Assembly: GCA_043228905.1 (NCBI GenBank)
Contig: JBHGNT010000015.1
Span: 6,324,001 to 6,388,000, forward strand
Reading direction: 5' to 3'
DNA from: Azolla caroliniana
Lineage: Eukaryota; Plantae; Polypodiophyta
DNA length: 64,000 nt
The position numbers were made by a program, and so were the translations under genes. The notes beneath the pieces were generated by a model. It searched no databases and was not told where the DNA came from. It saw nothing but the letters and a program-made list of their open reading frames with translations. Shown in pieces: positions 44,787-56,519 of the stretch (its first letter is position 1; each line of letters begins with the position of its first letter).

Positions 44787-45937
44787 TGTTGGGAAACCGG
44801 TCCCTCCGGATGGGATTGGATGAGTCAGATCGGATGGATCCGGTGTGAACCAGTAGTAGGGCCATATTAGTAAATATGTCTGAATGTGCCTATTGAGGCC
44901 ATATTTGTAAATAGCCCTGTTGTTCGGTCGACAAGTACTCCTTTGCCGACACAAAATTAGACCCGAAAACTTGGCCATGTGTATTCCTTGGTATGGTGAT
45001 GATGAGTTCCGCTACTGGCTGTGGAACCTAGCCGGGAAGAAGGCGATTTGGAGTAGGGACATAGTCTTCATGGAAGACAAGACTATTACCAAATGGGAAT
45101 CGGAGAAGAAGGCAACCTCCGAGTCGATCGACAAATATCAGTTCGAAGAATTAAGGACCCATCCGCCCGGAAGCCGGATGGCAGCTGAAAACTACAATGA
45201 ACCGACCGGATTTGGACAAGGAATTGGAATAACTGAATCACGGGAAAACGAAACCAAACAAGACCTCGAATCGGATTCAGATGAAGAACTGATTGAAGAA
45301 CCGGTGGCCGAAAACACAGGAAGAAGATACCCGCTTAGAGAGAGAAGCCCCCACCCCCCTAGAGATTTCTAGATGAAGAGCATGTTTTGTTGACCGACAA
45401 GGGGGAGTTGGAGAGCTTCGAAGATGCAAAGAAATACACTCATGGTCGTAAGTGGCTAAGTGGCATGTAGGATGAGATGGATTCCCTACATGAGAACCAC
45501 ACTATGAATTGACAAAGCAGCTGAAAGGAAAGAGGGCACTCCAGAACAAGTTGGTGTAAAAGTTGAAACCGGGAGACGCCATAAATCCACCGAGGTACAA
45601 AGCTTGCATTGTGGTGGACGGCTTCCAGCAGAAGAAAGGAGTGGATTTCGACGAGATCTTTGCCCCAGTAGTGAAGATGACATCCATCCGACGGTTTTGA
45701 GCATAGCGGCAAGCATAGACCTTGAGGTCGAACAATTAGACATCAATACCACATTCTTGCACGGTGACCTTGAGGAGGAGATCTACATGCAACAACCGGA
45801 AGGATTCATCAAGAAAGGGAAGGAGAGGTGATGTGTCGGTTGAAGAAGAGCTTATAGGGATTGAAGCAAGCTCCCCGACAATGGTACCGGAAGTTCGACT
45901 CCTTCATGACCGACCAAAGATACAACAAGATGCAGGT
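44787..45937 (+). mobile_element. Truncated Tnt1/Tork-like Copia pieces: LTR start 44787-44917, then a post-integrase to RT fragment 44952-45937
   Basis: TGTTGGGAAACCGGTCCCTCCGG start; YGDDEFRY; LEVEQLDINTTFLHGDLEEEIYMQQPEGF. Confidence 0.8.
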
Positions 45938-47775
45938 TGTTGAACGAACAATCTCAACCGGATCCGAATCGGTTGAATAAGCCAGAGCCGAATCGGATTT
46001 CGGAATGAAGAGCCGGATCAGTGTCCGGATGGTATCAAGAATGAGGATCCGGATCAGATTGTAACCGGTAGGCCGTTAGAGCCCTACGAATCTAGCTTAG
46101 TACATAGGCATATTTTTGGGAGTTAGTGTCAGTCACTCGTATGAGCATTGAAGTACTTGTCAGTACTTCTGTCAGTCCTTTATGGGCTTGTTTAAAATTG
46201 TTCATTGAGCACATTGTATGTACAAAGTGTTATTATTTTGAAATTTAGTTTTACTGTTCTGCTCTCTTTGTCTCTCCCGTGTAAGGTTTCCATTAAACCT
46301 GTGTCATATCCTTTAGCTATCAGGATGAGCCGGTTTTGTCTTAGCTTCCACAATTATATTCTTTTACATGGTATTAGAGCACGAGGGTTGAGAACCTCTA
46401 CCGCTGGTGAGCGATTTCCGAAGACAAACCCTAACACCGAGTAGAGAACTGAAAAGAAGGAAGATAAGGACAGAAAAATGGTCAGGTCGCTTCCTACAGA
46501 AAAGCTTGATTGGAGCAACTATGCATCCTAATTGTATAGAATGCACCAGTACTTGCTGGGGCATGGATACTGGAGCTACGTGGAAGGCGCGAATGTAGCT
46601 CAACGCCAGATTCGGCATACAAGGACTTCCCGGCATGGGAGCAAGGAGCGAGCACAGTGTTGTATTGCCTCGCGTTCTGTGTGCACGACCAGATGCTCAG
46701 CTACATCAGAGATGCAAAGTCACCGAAGGAGGCCTGGGAAAATCTCCGAAAGATTTTTGCCGCAAGTACCATGGTTCGAAAGTTGTAGCTCCGACAAGAG
46801 CTCAATAGTATCTAGCAATGGGACATGTCGGTTATTGACTACACCACTAAGATCAAGGAGATCTACGACGCCCTCGACTCCATCAACGTGAGGGTGGACG
46901 AGGAAGAGATGGTCCAGATTTGCCTCGTGATCTAGCACAATGGTACGTGCCAATCCGAACGTCAATTTGCACCTGAGAGAAACCACCATCTTTCTTCGAC
47001 CTGCAATCAATGCTGATGGTCGAAGAAAACCACGCAAGTGGATCGAGGACCACTCAATCGGACAACCAAATGCTGTACACGGAGGCGGATTGGCCTCGTG
47101 GGCGTGGAGGACGAGGTGGGTTGGCATGCAATAACAATTACCTGTAAGAGCAGAACCGGAGGCACAATGATGGTGCCGACAGCAATTTTGGACCCTCCAC
47201 AAGCAAGGGGAGTCAAAGCGGCGCCAAAAACTGGCAATCAAAGGCCAACACGGAATGCTGGTAAGAAGGGCCACCGAGAGAGCGAGTGCTAGAAGAAGCG
47301 CGCCGATTTGGATAAATCCGGATCTGGCAAGGCCGAACAAGGAAATTGGCAAAGCTCGCTCTACACAAAAGGATCGGATGGATCTGAAACCAATAAGACC
47401 GGAAAAGGGCTAGCCTTTGTGATGCAGCACAAGGCGAACTCGATGAAGAAGACCACTCCTGGATCGGAGGAAGTGTGGTACGTTGGCTCCAGAGCATCAA
47501 ACCACAAGACGAGCCATGAAGATTGGTTCTTGTTTCTAGAGAAGTCAGAGTAACCGGGAGATGATGAAACCAGAGACGACACTCCTCACCCGATTGTGCA
47601 TGTCAGTGAAGTCCCATTAAGCTATGTCGGACAAAAGGGAAAGCTGATGAATGTACTACATGTTCCGAAACTCACAATGAACCTGGTATCGGTCAGGCAA
47701 ATCGTCGACCAGATGATGCATGTGCGGTTTACGCACCTTGGGTGCTTGATCGAGGAAGAAGGTCGGATAATTGAG
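45938..47775 (+). mobile_element. 5' part of a Copia (MGSALP-related): LTR 45938-46368, PBS 46369-46380, degenerate gag-protease
   Basis: TGTTGAAC...TTTTACA followed by TGGTATTAGAGC; LPTEKLD; HQYLLGHGYWSYVEG. Confidence 0.85.
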
Positions 47776-48467
47776 TGTTGAGAGACGAACTCAACTTCCC
47801 ATAGCAATAGGTTTCACACTAGCTCATGGACATACCAGGCTAGTTTTGTAAATAGTAGAAAGGGCACTTACCCTAGCTTAGTTGGTATTTAAACCAACCC
47901 CTTGTAACTTAGTTACTGTTGGAAGTATTTTGGTTAATGCAACATACAATCTTTTATCTCTGTCTTAAGCTCTCTCTCTCTCTGCTCTGCCTTACATACA
48001 CACACACACACACACAATCCTTCCGCTACATCTTAGCCACTCTTGCTCCTCATTTCTTTACATGGTATCAGACTGTGTGGTTGCTTAATCGAATCGATTC
48101 AACTTTGTTGTGGTACACGCCAACGATCAATAGAACCGGCTCATCAACATAGAAGAAATCGACATAATGAACACTCATATGGGAAGCGCTCTTCCTACCG
48201 AGAAGCTTGACAGAACGAATTTCACATCTTGGGAATACAAGATGCATCAATACCTTGTCGGAGAAGGTTATTGGAGCTACATTGAAGGAGGTCATGAAAC
48301 TCAACCCAACCCAACACACGTCGACTATCGCGCTTGGGAACAGGCCGCAAGCGGTGTGTTGTATTGCCTTGCATCATGTGTTCATGATCATATGCTTGGC
48401 TATATTCGAGATTCAAAAACACCAAAAGAAGTTAGGGGAAATCTCAAAAAGATTTTTTCGGCCAATA
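47776..48467 (+). mobile_element. 5' end of another Copia C-family copy: LTR 47776-48062, PBS, truncated gag
   Basis: LTR is near-identical to 28693-29008; MGSALPTEKLDRTNF. Confidence 0.9.
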
Positions 48468-49058
48468 GTTTCTTTCTCTGCCCGAATGTTGTGTCACATT
48501 CACCTTCAACTCGGACAAGACACCCTTGTCCTTCCTTCTCGTTTCCACATTTTAGATACTTGTCTTTACCACTTGTAAGGAAAATTTCTCTTCTTGGCAT
48601 GAGGTACTGAGAGACACCACCAGGTTCTCCAAGTTGTTCGGCACGGTACACAACAATAGTAGGGCCTGCATAACATCATCAAGGGGAAGCTTGGTTGTTG
48701 CAAGTTGATTTACATACCCCATGAATGTGCTTATGTGTACCACTTTGCTTTCTCCGACTCTGTACTTCAGTCTTACGATCTTTCTCATCATTGAGGTTTT
48801 GTTTAGAGCATTCTTCCTCTCGTACCGCCCTGACAACTTGTGCCACATTTCATAGACGTTTGTATTATTAGCCACATGCTGAAGGACACTAACATCTACA
48901 CTCTATCTGATGGTGGCCACCTCCTTCCTGTTCAGGAGTTTCCATTCAAACTTGAACACCTCGATGGGCATTTCTTCTCTGTCTATGGTCTCGTACAGAT
49001 CTTTGACTATTAGAAGATCTTCCGTCTTGATTTCCAGTCAGCATAGTTGTGTGAGTTC

Positions 49059-49855
49059 CAAGGTTGTTAGGTACGATACAAATACCATACGTATTTAACG
49101 TATTAATACCCATATAGTACCTCCCAATTTAAAAATACGTTAACTACGTTTTCTTAATATGTTAAATACTTATAAAATACATATTTTACGTATTTTACAT
49201 ATAGTATGTTAAATACTTCTACAATTTGAAAATTATTTACCTTTCTAAAAAATATCTATAATATTTTTAAAAACATCTATGTTTACACAATTTTGTGATG
49301 TACAATATAGTTTTACATCCTAAAATGCATATAAGACATTTGAACATTTCACATCCTAAAATACTTGTAGTAATATGGATGTCGACATTTCCTTATTCAC
49401 GATATTCTACTTCAAATTGTAATTATTTACAATTATGCCTTCATAGATTGAGGAATCATCCACGATTATCACACTCATGATAGGTTCCTCTTTTCTTCGT
49501 TTTCTTCTTCTTCTTCTTCTATCTACTGCGATTATCACACTCAGGACTGGTTTATGTCTTCTTTTCTCTCTTCTTCTTCATCTTCTTCATCGTCGTCTCT
49601 TCTATTCTTCTTTCTTCATTCCTTTGGCTTCTTTTTCACTAAAATCTTTTTTTCCTTTTGCTTTTTGTTAGGGTTTTACTTACATTTTCTTTATAAATAT
49701 GTATTATACCTGTTTTTTTATAAATACGTTAAATACCGTATTGGACAAATGTACATCATATTTGATTGAACAACATTGAGGTATAGTACATACTATACAA
49801 ATGATTAGGTACTATACATATTTAAACGTTAAATACGAGTACGTAAACAACCATG
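49059..49855. mobile_element. Non-autonomous hAT-type DNA transposon (MITE) inserted in Copia A gag
   Basis: Perfect 8-bp TSD GTGAGTTC (49051-49058, 49856-49863); terminal inverted repeats (TIRs) CAAGGTTGTT / CATGGTTGTT; AT-rich interior. Confidence 0.88.
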
Positions 49856-50446
49856 GTGAGTTCAAGACCATCATTCCTAGAAACCCACTCACACCTCCTT
49901 CCATTGTTACACCTTCATTCTGATACTAGTTTGAAGGGATCCAGACCATAGATCTATGAGAAACAGTAGATAGAAATGCACCAACGTGGAAATAGAAAAA
50001 CATCAAAATACAGATGGACTGAGTACACAATATTTTATGTGGAAACCCTAAACAGGGGAAAACCATGGGCAAACAAAGAATCATTATAACAGAGATATAC
50101 AAGGAAGAAACAGGTTACAACACTCTCTATACATAATGTATCAACCACACAGGGCTCTTGGCTTATAGTATCACACAACTATGTCGTTGCTCACGCTCTC
50201 GTGTATGTCTTCCTACTCTCTACTACTCTCTCTCCTACACACTATTGCAGAAGCTCTACCTTGCACCATTATCCATAATGGTTGTCCTAGGTGTATTTAT
50301 ACTCATACACAGTATGGACTATTTACAATTGTAGTTATTATTATTATTATACATAATGTATATAATAATTAATCGCCTGATTTGTCAACCTTGTCTTTGA
50401 CCATTCGGTCGGCCCATCTTGTCGGTCTTGTCTTCGACCATGCGGT

Positions 50447-51612
50447 TGTTAAGGACAGAAGAATTGGAGCTACAAGGATGCGATCGAAAAGTCTAAAAGA
50501 GCTACAAAGACACGATTGACAAGCCAAGGGCAAGTATCATTAACTGGTGTTGTTCACCTTGAATTCATTCAAGGTGAACTCAAATATTTATACTAAGCGA
50601 CATGCATGCCTGTTGCGTGCATGTGATACACTAGAGCATGTATGTATGCATGCATGTGCCAAGTTTGAATAATACAATGGAGCAATTATGCTCATGATGC
50701 TAGCTTAAAGTTACAAGGAACAATTATAGATATTACTATATATTGGACATGTTGATTAACCCACAATAGTTGATTATAACACCAGAGGTCACGAGTTCGA
50801 ATCTTGACATGACTGTGTTCATGTCCGTGACATTATCCCCCCTGTTTAGTGTCGACTTTCAGGTGGCATAGGCTTGTGTGGATAACGAAGATGGAAATCA
50901 CAAACTTCTTCGACGACATTCATCAAATGGTGGTGAGGTTCCCAAGTAGCTCAGATATCGGGTATCCTTCCCAACGTACCAAATAATAGAGTTTCCAACA
51001 TTGTCGTAGTGTATTTCGTACACTACATGAAAAACTTATAAAGTACCGATTTAATAAATATGAATAAATAGTAGAAAATATTAAAATATATATAACATGC
51101 ATAGGGCAAGATTCAAACCTTGCACCTCCATGTTAATAATGTGAAACCTTACCATTACCGGTGGTTCCCACTTGACTCACGCAACGATCCGGAGCCGAAA
51201 GGCACGACAACGTGAAGCTTGGAGTCGAGTATTTCTTCAACTTCATACTCATTGCTAGACTCCAACTCGATGGGCGGTGGTAAGCGGGTTGCCGCTTGGG
51301 AAGTATAGATGGATGGTAAACCTCCAAGAGAAATAAATGAAATACGTCATGGATGTGATAGTGAGGAGGAAGGTCGAGCCGATAGGCCACATGATTGATA
51401 CACTTGAAGATGTGGAAGGGGCCTAATTTTGTGTAACCTAGCTTCGCACATGGGCAAGTGGTCGTAATATTGTGCCGTAGTAGCCAAACCATGTCACCTA
51501 CTTGAAAGTTGGGCGCCGAAGCCCGTAGATGGTTGGTCGTTGCCTTTTGTCGGTCTTGCGCATTAACGATCTCAAGAGTTAGATCTTGGTGGATTTCTTT
51601 TAAATGGCACAC
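50447..51612 (-). mobile_element. Truncated older Tcn1-like chromovirus: 3' LTR 50447-50832, PPT, chromodomain and integrase C-terminus
   Basis: LTR is homologous to 10250-10602; TTATCCCCCC on the plus strand; GDMVWLLR...KLGPF...HDVFH. Confidence 0.85.
51002..51209. mobile_element. 208-bp solo-LTR-like insertion in the chromodomain-coding region
   Basis: TGTCGTAG...GCACGACA termini; 4-bp flanks ACAT/ACGT; interrupts EEILDSK...KLYYLVRW. Confidence 0.7.
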
Positions 51613-52221
51613 TGAATGTTTTCAAACTCTCCTTGTAACATAGAAATAAGATTAAATCATGTCATCATTAAACTCTTGGCTAGTGGGGTTCGCTTACCCG
51701 TGGAAGACTCCTTGCATCTAGATACCCACACTTGCGAAATTGTAAGGCCGACCACTAATAACCAAATGTCCACGTATCGTTCCTATATGTAGAATGAACC
51801 CCCCTTGTGTTGAAGGTTGTACAGTTCCATGCACCACCTTTAAAGGACTATTTCCATTCCACACATGTAACCACGTAGCGGATTCATGTTCACTACTTTT
51901 AAAGTAGACTAACATTCTATTCATAAACATCATATTTATGAGAAATGTAAAATAAAAAATAGTATTAGCATTGGTAAGCTACAAAAGACGGACCATAATA
52001 TATTTACATGGTTGTTTCTTTGCCTTGAAGGATGATCATATGTATTTATCTACCTCCGTCTCTCTCGTGGAAAGAAAGAAATAATTAAAATGATTTCATG
52101 TTACAACACATTAAGGAGTTGCATGAATAGAGTGGATGCTCTACAAGGCAACTACCTATATCTAGTAAATGGAGTCCTAATATGAATCCCACGAACAAGA
52201 AAGTCCACAAAAGCGTTCAAT

Positions 52222-52222
<1 letters not shown>

Positions 52223-52283
<61 letters not shown>
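52223..52283. repeat. (CT)n microsatellite
   Basis: About 30 CT units, directly visible. Confidence 0.95.
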
Positions 52284-52286
<3 letters not shown>

Positions 52287-55200
52287 GAGATAGTCATATT
52301 CTTATATCAATATATATAACAAACAATGCACTTTTTTAATGCAACCCATTCATGTCCTCTCTTTCTCTCATTGAAATAGTCCGAATTTTTCGTTATTTAT
52401 TGTTATATCAACATATACAACAATAATCCGCAACGATATGATTCAAGGGTCTCAAACTCAAATTGCTTCGAACCAAACCATTTCCAAACTAATTTGAAAT
52501 GTAAATTAAATTGAACCGCAAAACTTCAAACCAAAACCATTTGAGAAATTTTCAAGCTCAAGCAATCGACAAATTGATGAGTCATGGTTTCAGTTGGCCT
52601 TAAACAAAATTATTGGTAAATGGACACTCAATAAATGTGCCAACAAATTGAGCATAAATTGAACCTATTAAGTTGTTAAGCCACTTTTTTGCAGTTTGGT
52701 TCAGCTCAAATTGAACAACCTTTGAGTCCTAATATAGAATAATGCAATGTTTTCCAATTAACTTCTTTGGTATACTTTGCATTTTTCCATGACAAATGAC
52801 ACAAATTTTGTCCTTTGATCACATATCCATAGTTGAATGATTCAACAAGAGTGTTAAGCAACCAATTAACATGAATAATATTCCATCTTCCATGTATAGA
52901 GTATAAATGAGAATTCTAGTATTTTTTAAATGTTATGAGTATTTTGGGAACTTTGCCAAAGTTAAGGGTATGTTGTAATAATAATAACAGTAATGGAAGA
53001 AGGCATATGCTCGGAGTAGAAAAAGTATCCCTTTAGAAAACTATATGAACTTGTTAAAATATGACATACATACATGATCAGGTAATACTTTTGATTCAAG
53101 CCATGTGAATTGTCATTATAAATGATAATGAATCTATTCACTCTTGGTCAAATAAATTTTCATGATCACTATTCAAGCAAGATATTACAAAATTTGGGTT
53201 TCAGGCATATAAGTTGAGGTCAATCTTATAATGAAGTTGTTTTGTTCATTATGGAGGCGAAAAGCAAATGGCAAACTTATTATTTGTTTAATATAAACAT
53301 CTAGAAGTTAAGAGCAACATCTAATACAAGTTATAGCTTGACAAGATTATCATGTGTCGAATACTCAAATTGAATGTATTTGTGAGCCTAAGTGATTTCT
53401 TTTCTAGAAATTCTTTCCCATTGAAGTGCTTCGGGATCATTTATTAACTTGGGTAGAATTTGTTTTCTTGGGTGAATTCCTCAAAACACCTAGAGAGCAT
53501 GTTTCAAGGTGTCTTAAAAAGTAAAGAATTAGGTATAGAAGTCAGAGACCCATACAATCATACTTTTATCTTTACGAAATTTACATTGTACAAAGAAGAA
53601 GCTTTCCCCTAGTATCTCTCGAAGTTCTAAAAAACAATGACATTTCCCTAGGTATGCATGCCAATAGAAATGAATATGGACTTGGCACCTCACTATGGAA
53701 CATAAAAAATAACAAGAAAATTGAATAAGTTGATTAACTTTGACATTTTTTAGATGCCAATATATGTTTAATCCAATATTTAATATATTCGCATACAATT
53801 TTTCGTTGACTATATTTATTTGCTTGTGTAAAGTCTTCAAAGTAAAAGCAATGATTTATTCTTAGGTTTGTCTAACTTTGAGAACTTAATACTTTGGGCA
53901 CTTGTAAAAGAAATTCATCTGATAATAATTGTCTTTTCTAAACTGGGGATCTTTTGCAACTATTGATGCACTTATCACAAGTACTAAGCATTTTGGTGGT
54001 AAGATAGCCAAGGGTTGTAGTTGGAACATTGGAGGGTTTGTATTAAGTCATTACTTATGTGGAGGTTCTACAAAATTCTCATTTATTGTTTTCCAAAAAT
54101 AGTGATGACTATTTTCTAAGAACAATTTTTAACACAAGTTATAATAGTGACAGTTCCTTTGGTATACTTGTCTCTAATCATGCCTCATGTGACACCCTTG
54201 ATAGATAATGAACATTTTCTCTAATAGTATAACCTTCGTGGGAGCTAAGATCATGTTTGTAAACCAGTTAACTTGTCTTCAATTATCCCTCATTACAAGT
54301 CTTGAGTATATGAAACACATTTCCCTAATATAAGAAATTAAGCACTATATGGTTATACAAATCCATTTATAAAATGTTTCACTAGTTTAATGTTTCTCAT
54401 TCTATCCTCAAATTCACACATATATTTAATCCTTAATCGGTTGACTACCTTCCTACTTCAATGAAATCAATTGATCAATGGAACTCCACTTTTTTCTTCG
54501 ATGAAAAAAAATCATCAATAAATTCATTTTCAGAGTTGTAAAGTTATTTCTAGAATAATCATGCAATTTATCAAACCATATTCTAGGTATATTTTCCATG
54601 GTGAGCCCAAATGTAGCCATGTTCAAAAAACTTTCTACCTGGGCTTGTAATATTTGCCCACTTGTTTTAATGTTTCCATGTTTCCAACATCTAGTTTGTC
54701 TAGGCAATTGGGAACCATTTTATTGAACATACGTTTTGAGGTGGAAAGACCATATATTTGTTGTTTAATTTTGTGTCCTTGAGACGTTCCGACCACATAT
54801 GAGGATACAACTTCACAAAAGGGTGGCTATGTTTGGATTTACACCTTGGATTCCTAATGACATTGTGAGTTGCCTCTAGATTTTGCATATAAGATCGCAA
54901 TTATACGTCACAAAAAAAATTTATTTTTTATTTTTTCAAAAAAATGCTACCCATTAGTTAGGAAGAAATACATCAAGTATCATATGTACGAGGGCCAGGC
55001 CTCATATAGAGCTCTATAGCTTCGATTAACCCTAAAAACGTGAAGCCTAGAGTGATCCTTCTACAGTCCATGGACGGTGGGGGGATGTCGCATTGGGGAA
55101 GTCCTCGGTGGGAAGAGCCATTTCAGTGGGAGATAGCACCACTGTATATTTGTATAAGATCTAGATAAGGAAAACTAAATGGTAATACTTAAGTAAAAAC

Positions 55201-56519
55201 TAAAGCATGTGTGCCAAGTGGCGGCACATGCTTCGGCCTTTTGGATGAGAAGGTTAAATGGAGGTGGTGCATGCATAACATTGACCATGTGGGAAACCCT
55301 ATATAAAGGCACCTTATTATCAATTGAAGAAGGGTAAATAAATAAAAGAAATATCAATTGGATTTTCCATTATTTAATTATACTAACACCTTGGTACACA
55401 AAGGTTTTGTGTTCTCATCTCTTTCTATCATAAATTACATTTCTTACCTTAATTTTCCATATTAAAATTTTAAACTAATTTCTTTTGTTCAAGTTTTGTC
55501 CATCGAATCCATCTCTCAGTCTAAAAACTAGAGGTCGCACTATTACATGCATGCAATATGCACATAACCTGATGTGAATGGGTTGTAGAAAGATTGAAAA
55601 CCAAGGTTATATGTCAATTATGATGACAAACTTTGCGATAATGTTTATGAGAAATAATCTTTCACAAAGGTTAGGGTGGTTATTTGCCAATTGATTTACT
55701 AGAAAGACCAATTTGATGACCAATTCATCATTTGTGACTCGTGAGACTACAAAGCTTGGATGATACGATGTGGAATCATGGAAGTAGTACAAATATGATC
55801 ATTTGGATATGTCACGACAAACAAGTTATTGGATTCATAAGGTTTGGGAAAACCACAATGCTTTGTTGGCATTAAACAAGCAATGTTGGATACATTCAAA
55901 ATAAGAGGCCTTTTAAGGATAACATGATAAGAGTTCATCAACAAGGTTAAGTATCCTCACAAAAATATGATGGTTCTTGACGTCTTCTCGGAGTATTAGA
56001 GTAAACTCACCAGACTTCCACCAAGGGATCAAGTGAGATGATGTTCCTTCGTGTCATTTAATCTCAATGATTTTCACATTCTATTAGAGGATGTGACTAT
56101 TGACAGTTAGCTCATGGAAATATAGGTAATAGTAAGATAGGCTCTCCTCAAGTACTACTCTCATGAGCATACATCCAAAAAGGATATACTTGACCTCGTT
56201 ACTGAGAGCTTTCTTACATAAGAAGGGTGAAAGCATGGGAATGGACACAATTAGCTATGTCCTTGACATAGCTAATTAGCTATGCAAAAAGCTACCAATG
56301 ATAACTAGTCATTTTAGTACCATGAATGAAAACATTTGAATGTTTTAATCATAGATTGACAAAGTTCGCAATATTCGAGAATACGAAATGGCCCAAGAAT
56401 ATTATAAAACCATTCGTTTTGCAAAAAACAAATTCAAAATATTAATTAATTAATTAAAATAAATTTAATCCATTAAAAAAAGAACAATCATTCATTAATA
56501 GATTATTAAGATATGATTA

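Larger units (their letters stand above)
9691..50446 (-). mobile_element. Copia A (Tnt1/Tork-like), heavily nested: 3' LTR 9691-10249 + 15545-15637, pol 15650-18477 and 44320-44786, gag 48468-49904, PBS about 49919-49928, 5' LTR 49932-50446 (interrupted)
   Basis: Both LTRs start TGAAGGGATCC on the plus strand and align over about 450 bp. PPT AAGGGGGAGTT at 15638-15648. The reading frame rejoins across the ACGT TSD of Gypsy G (DEANVAIG). The gag/5' LTR could belong to a second copy joined by deletion. Confidence 0.7.

Noticed and set aside
51002-51209. A Helitron end (hairpin near the terminus)
   Set aside because: There is no CTRR terminus or A/T insertion site; TG...CA ends with 4-bp flanks fit a solo LTR better.
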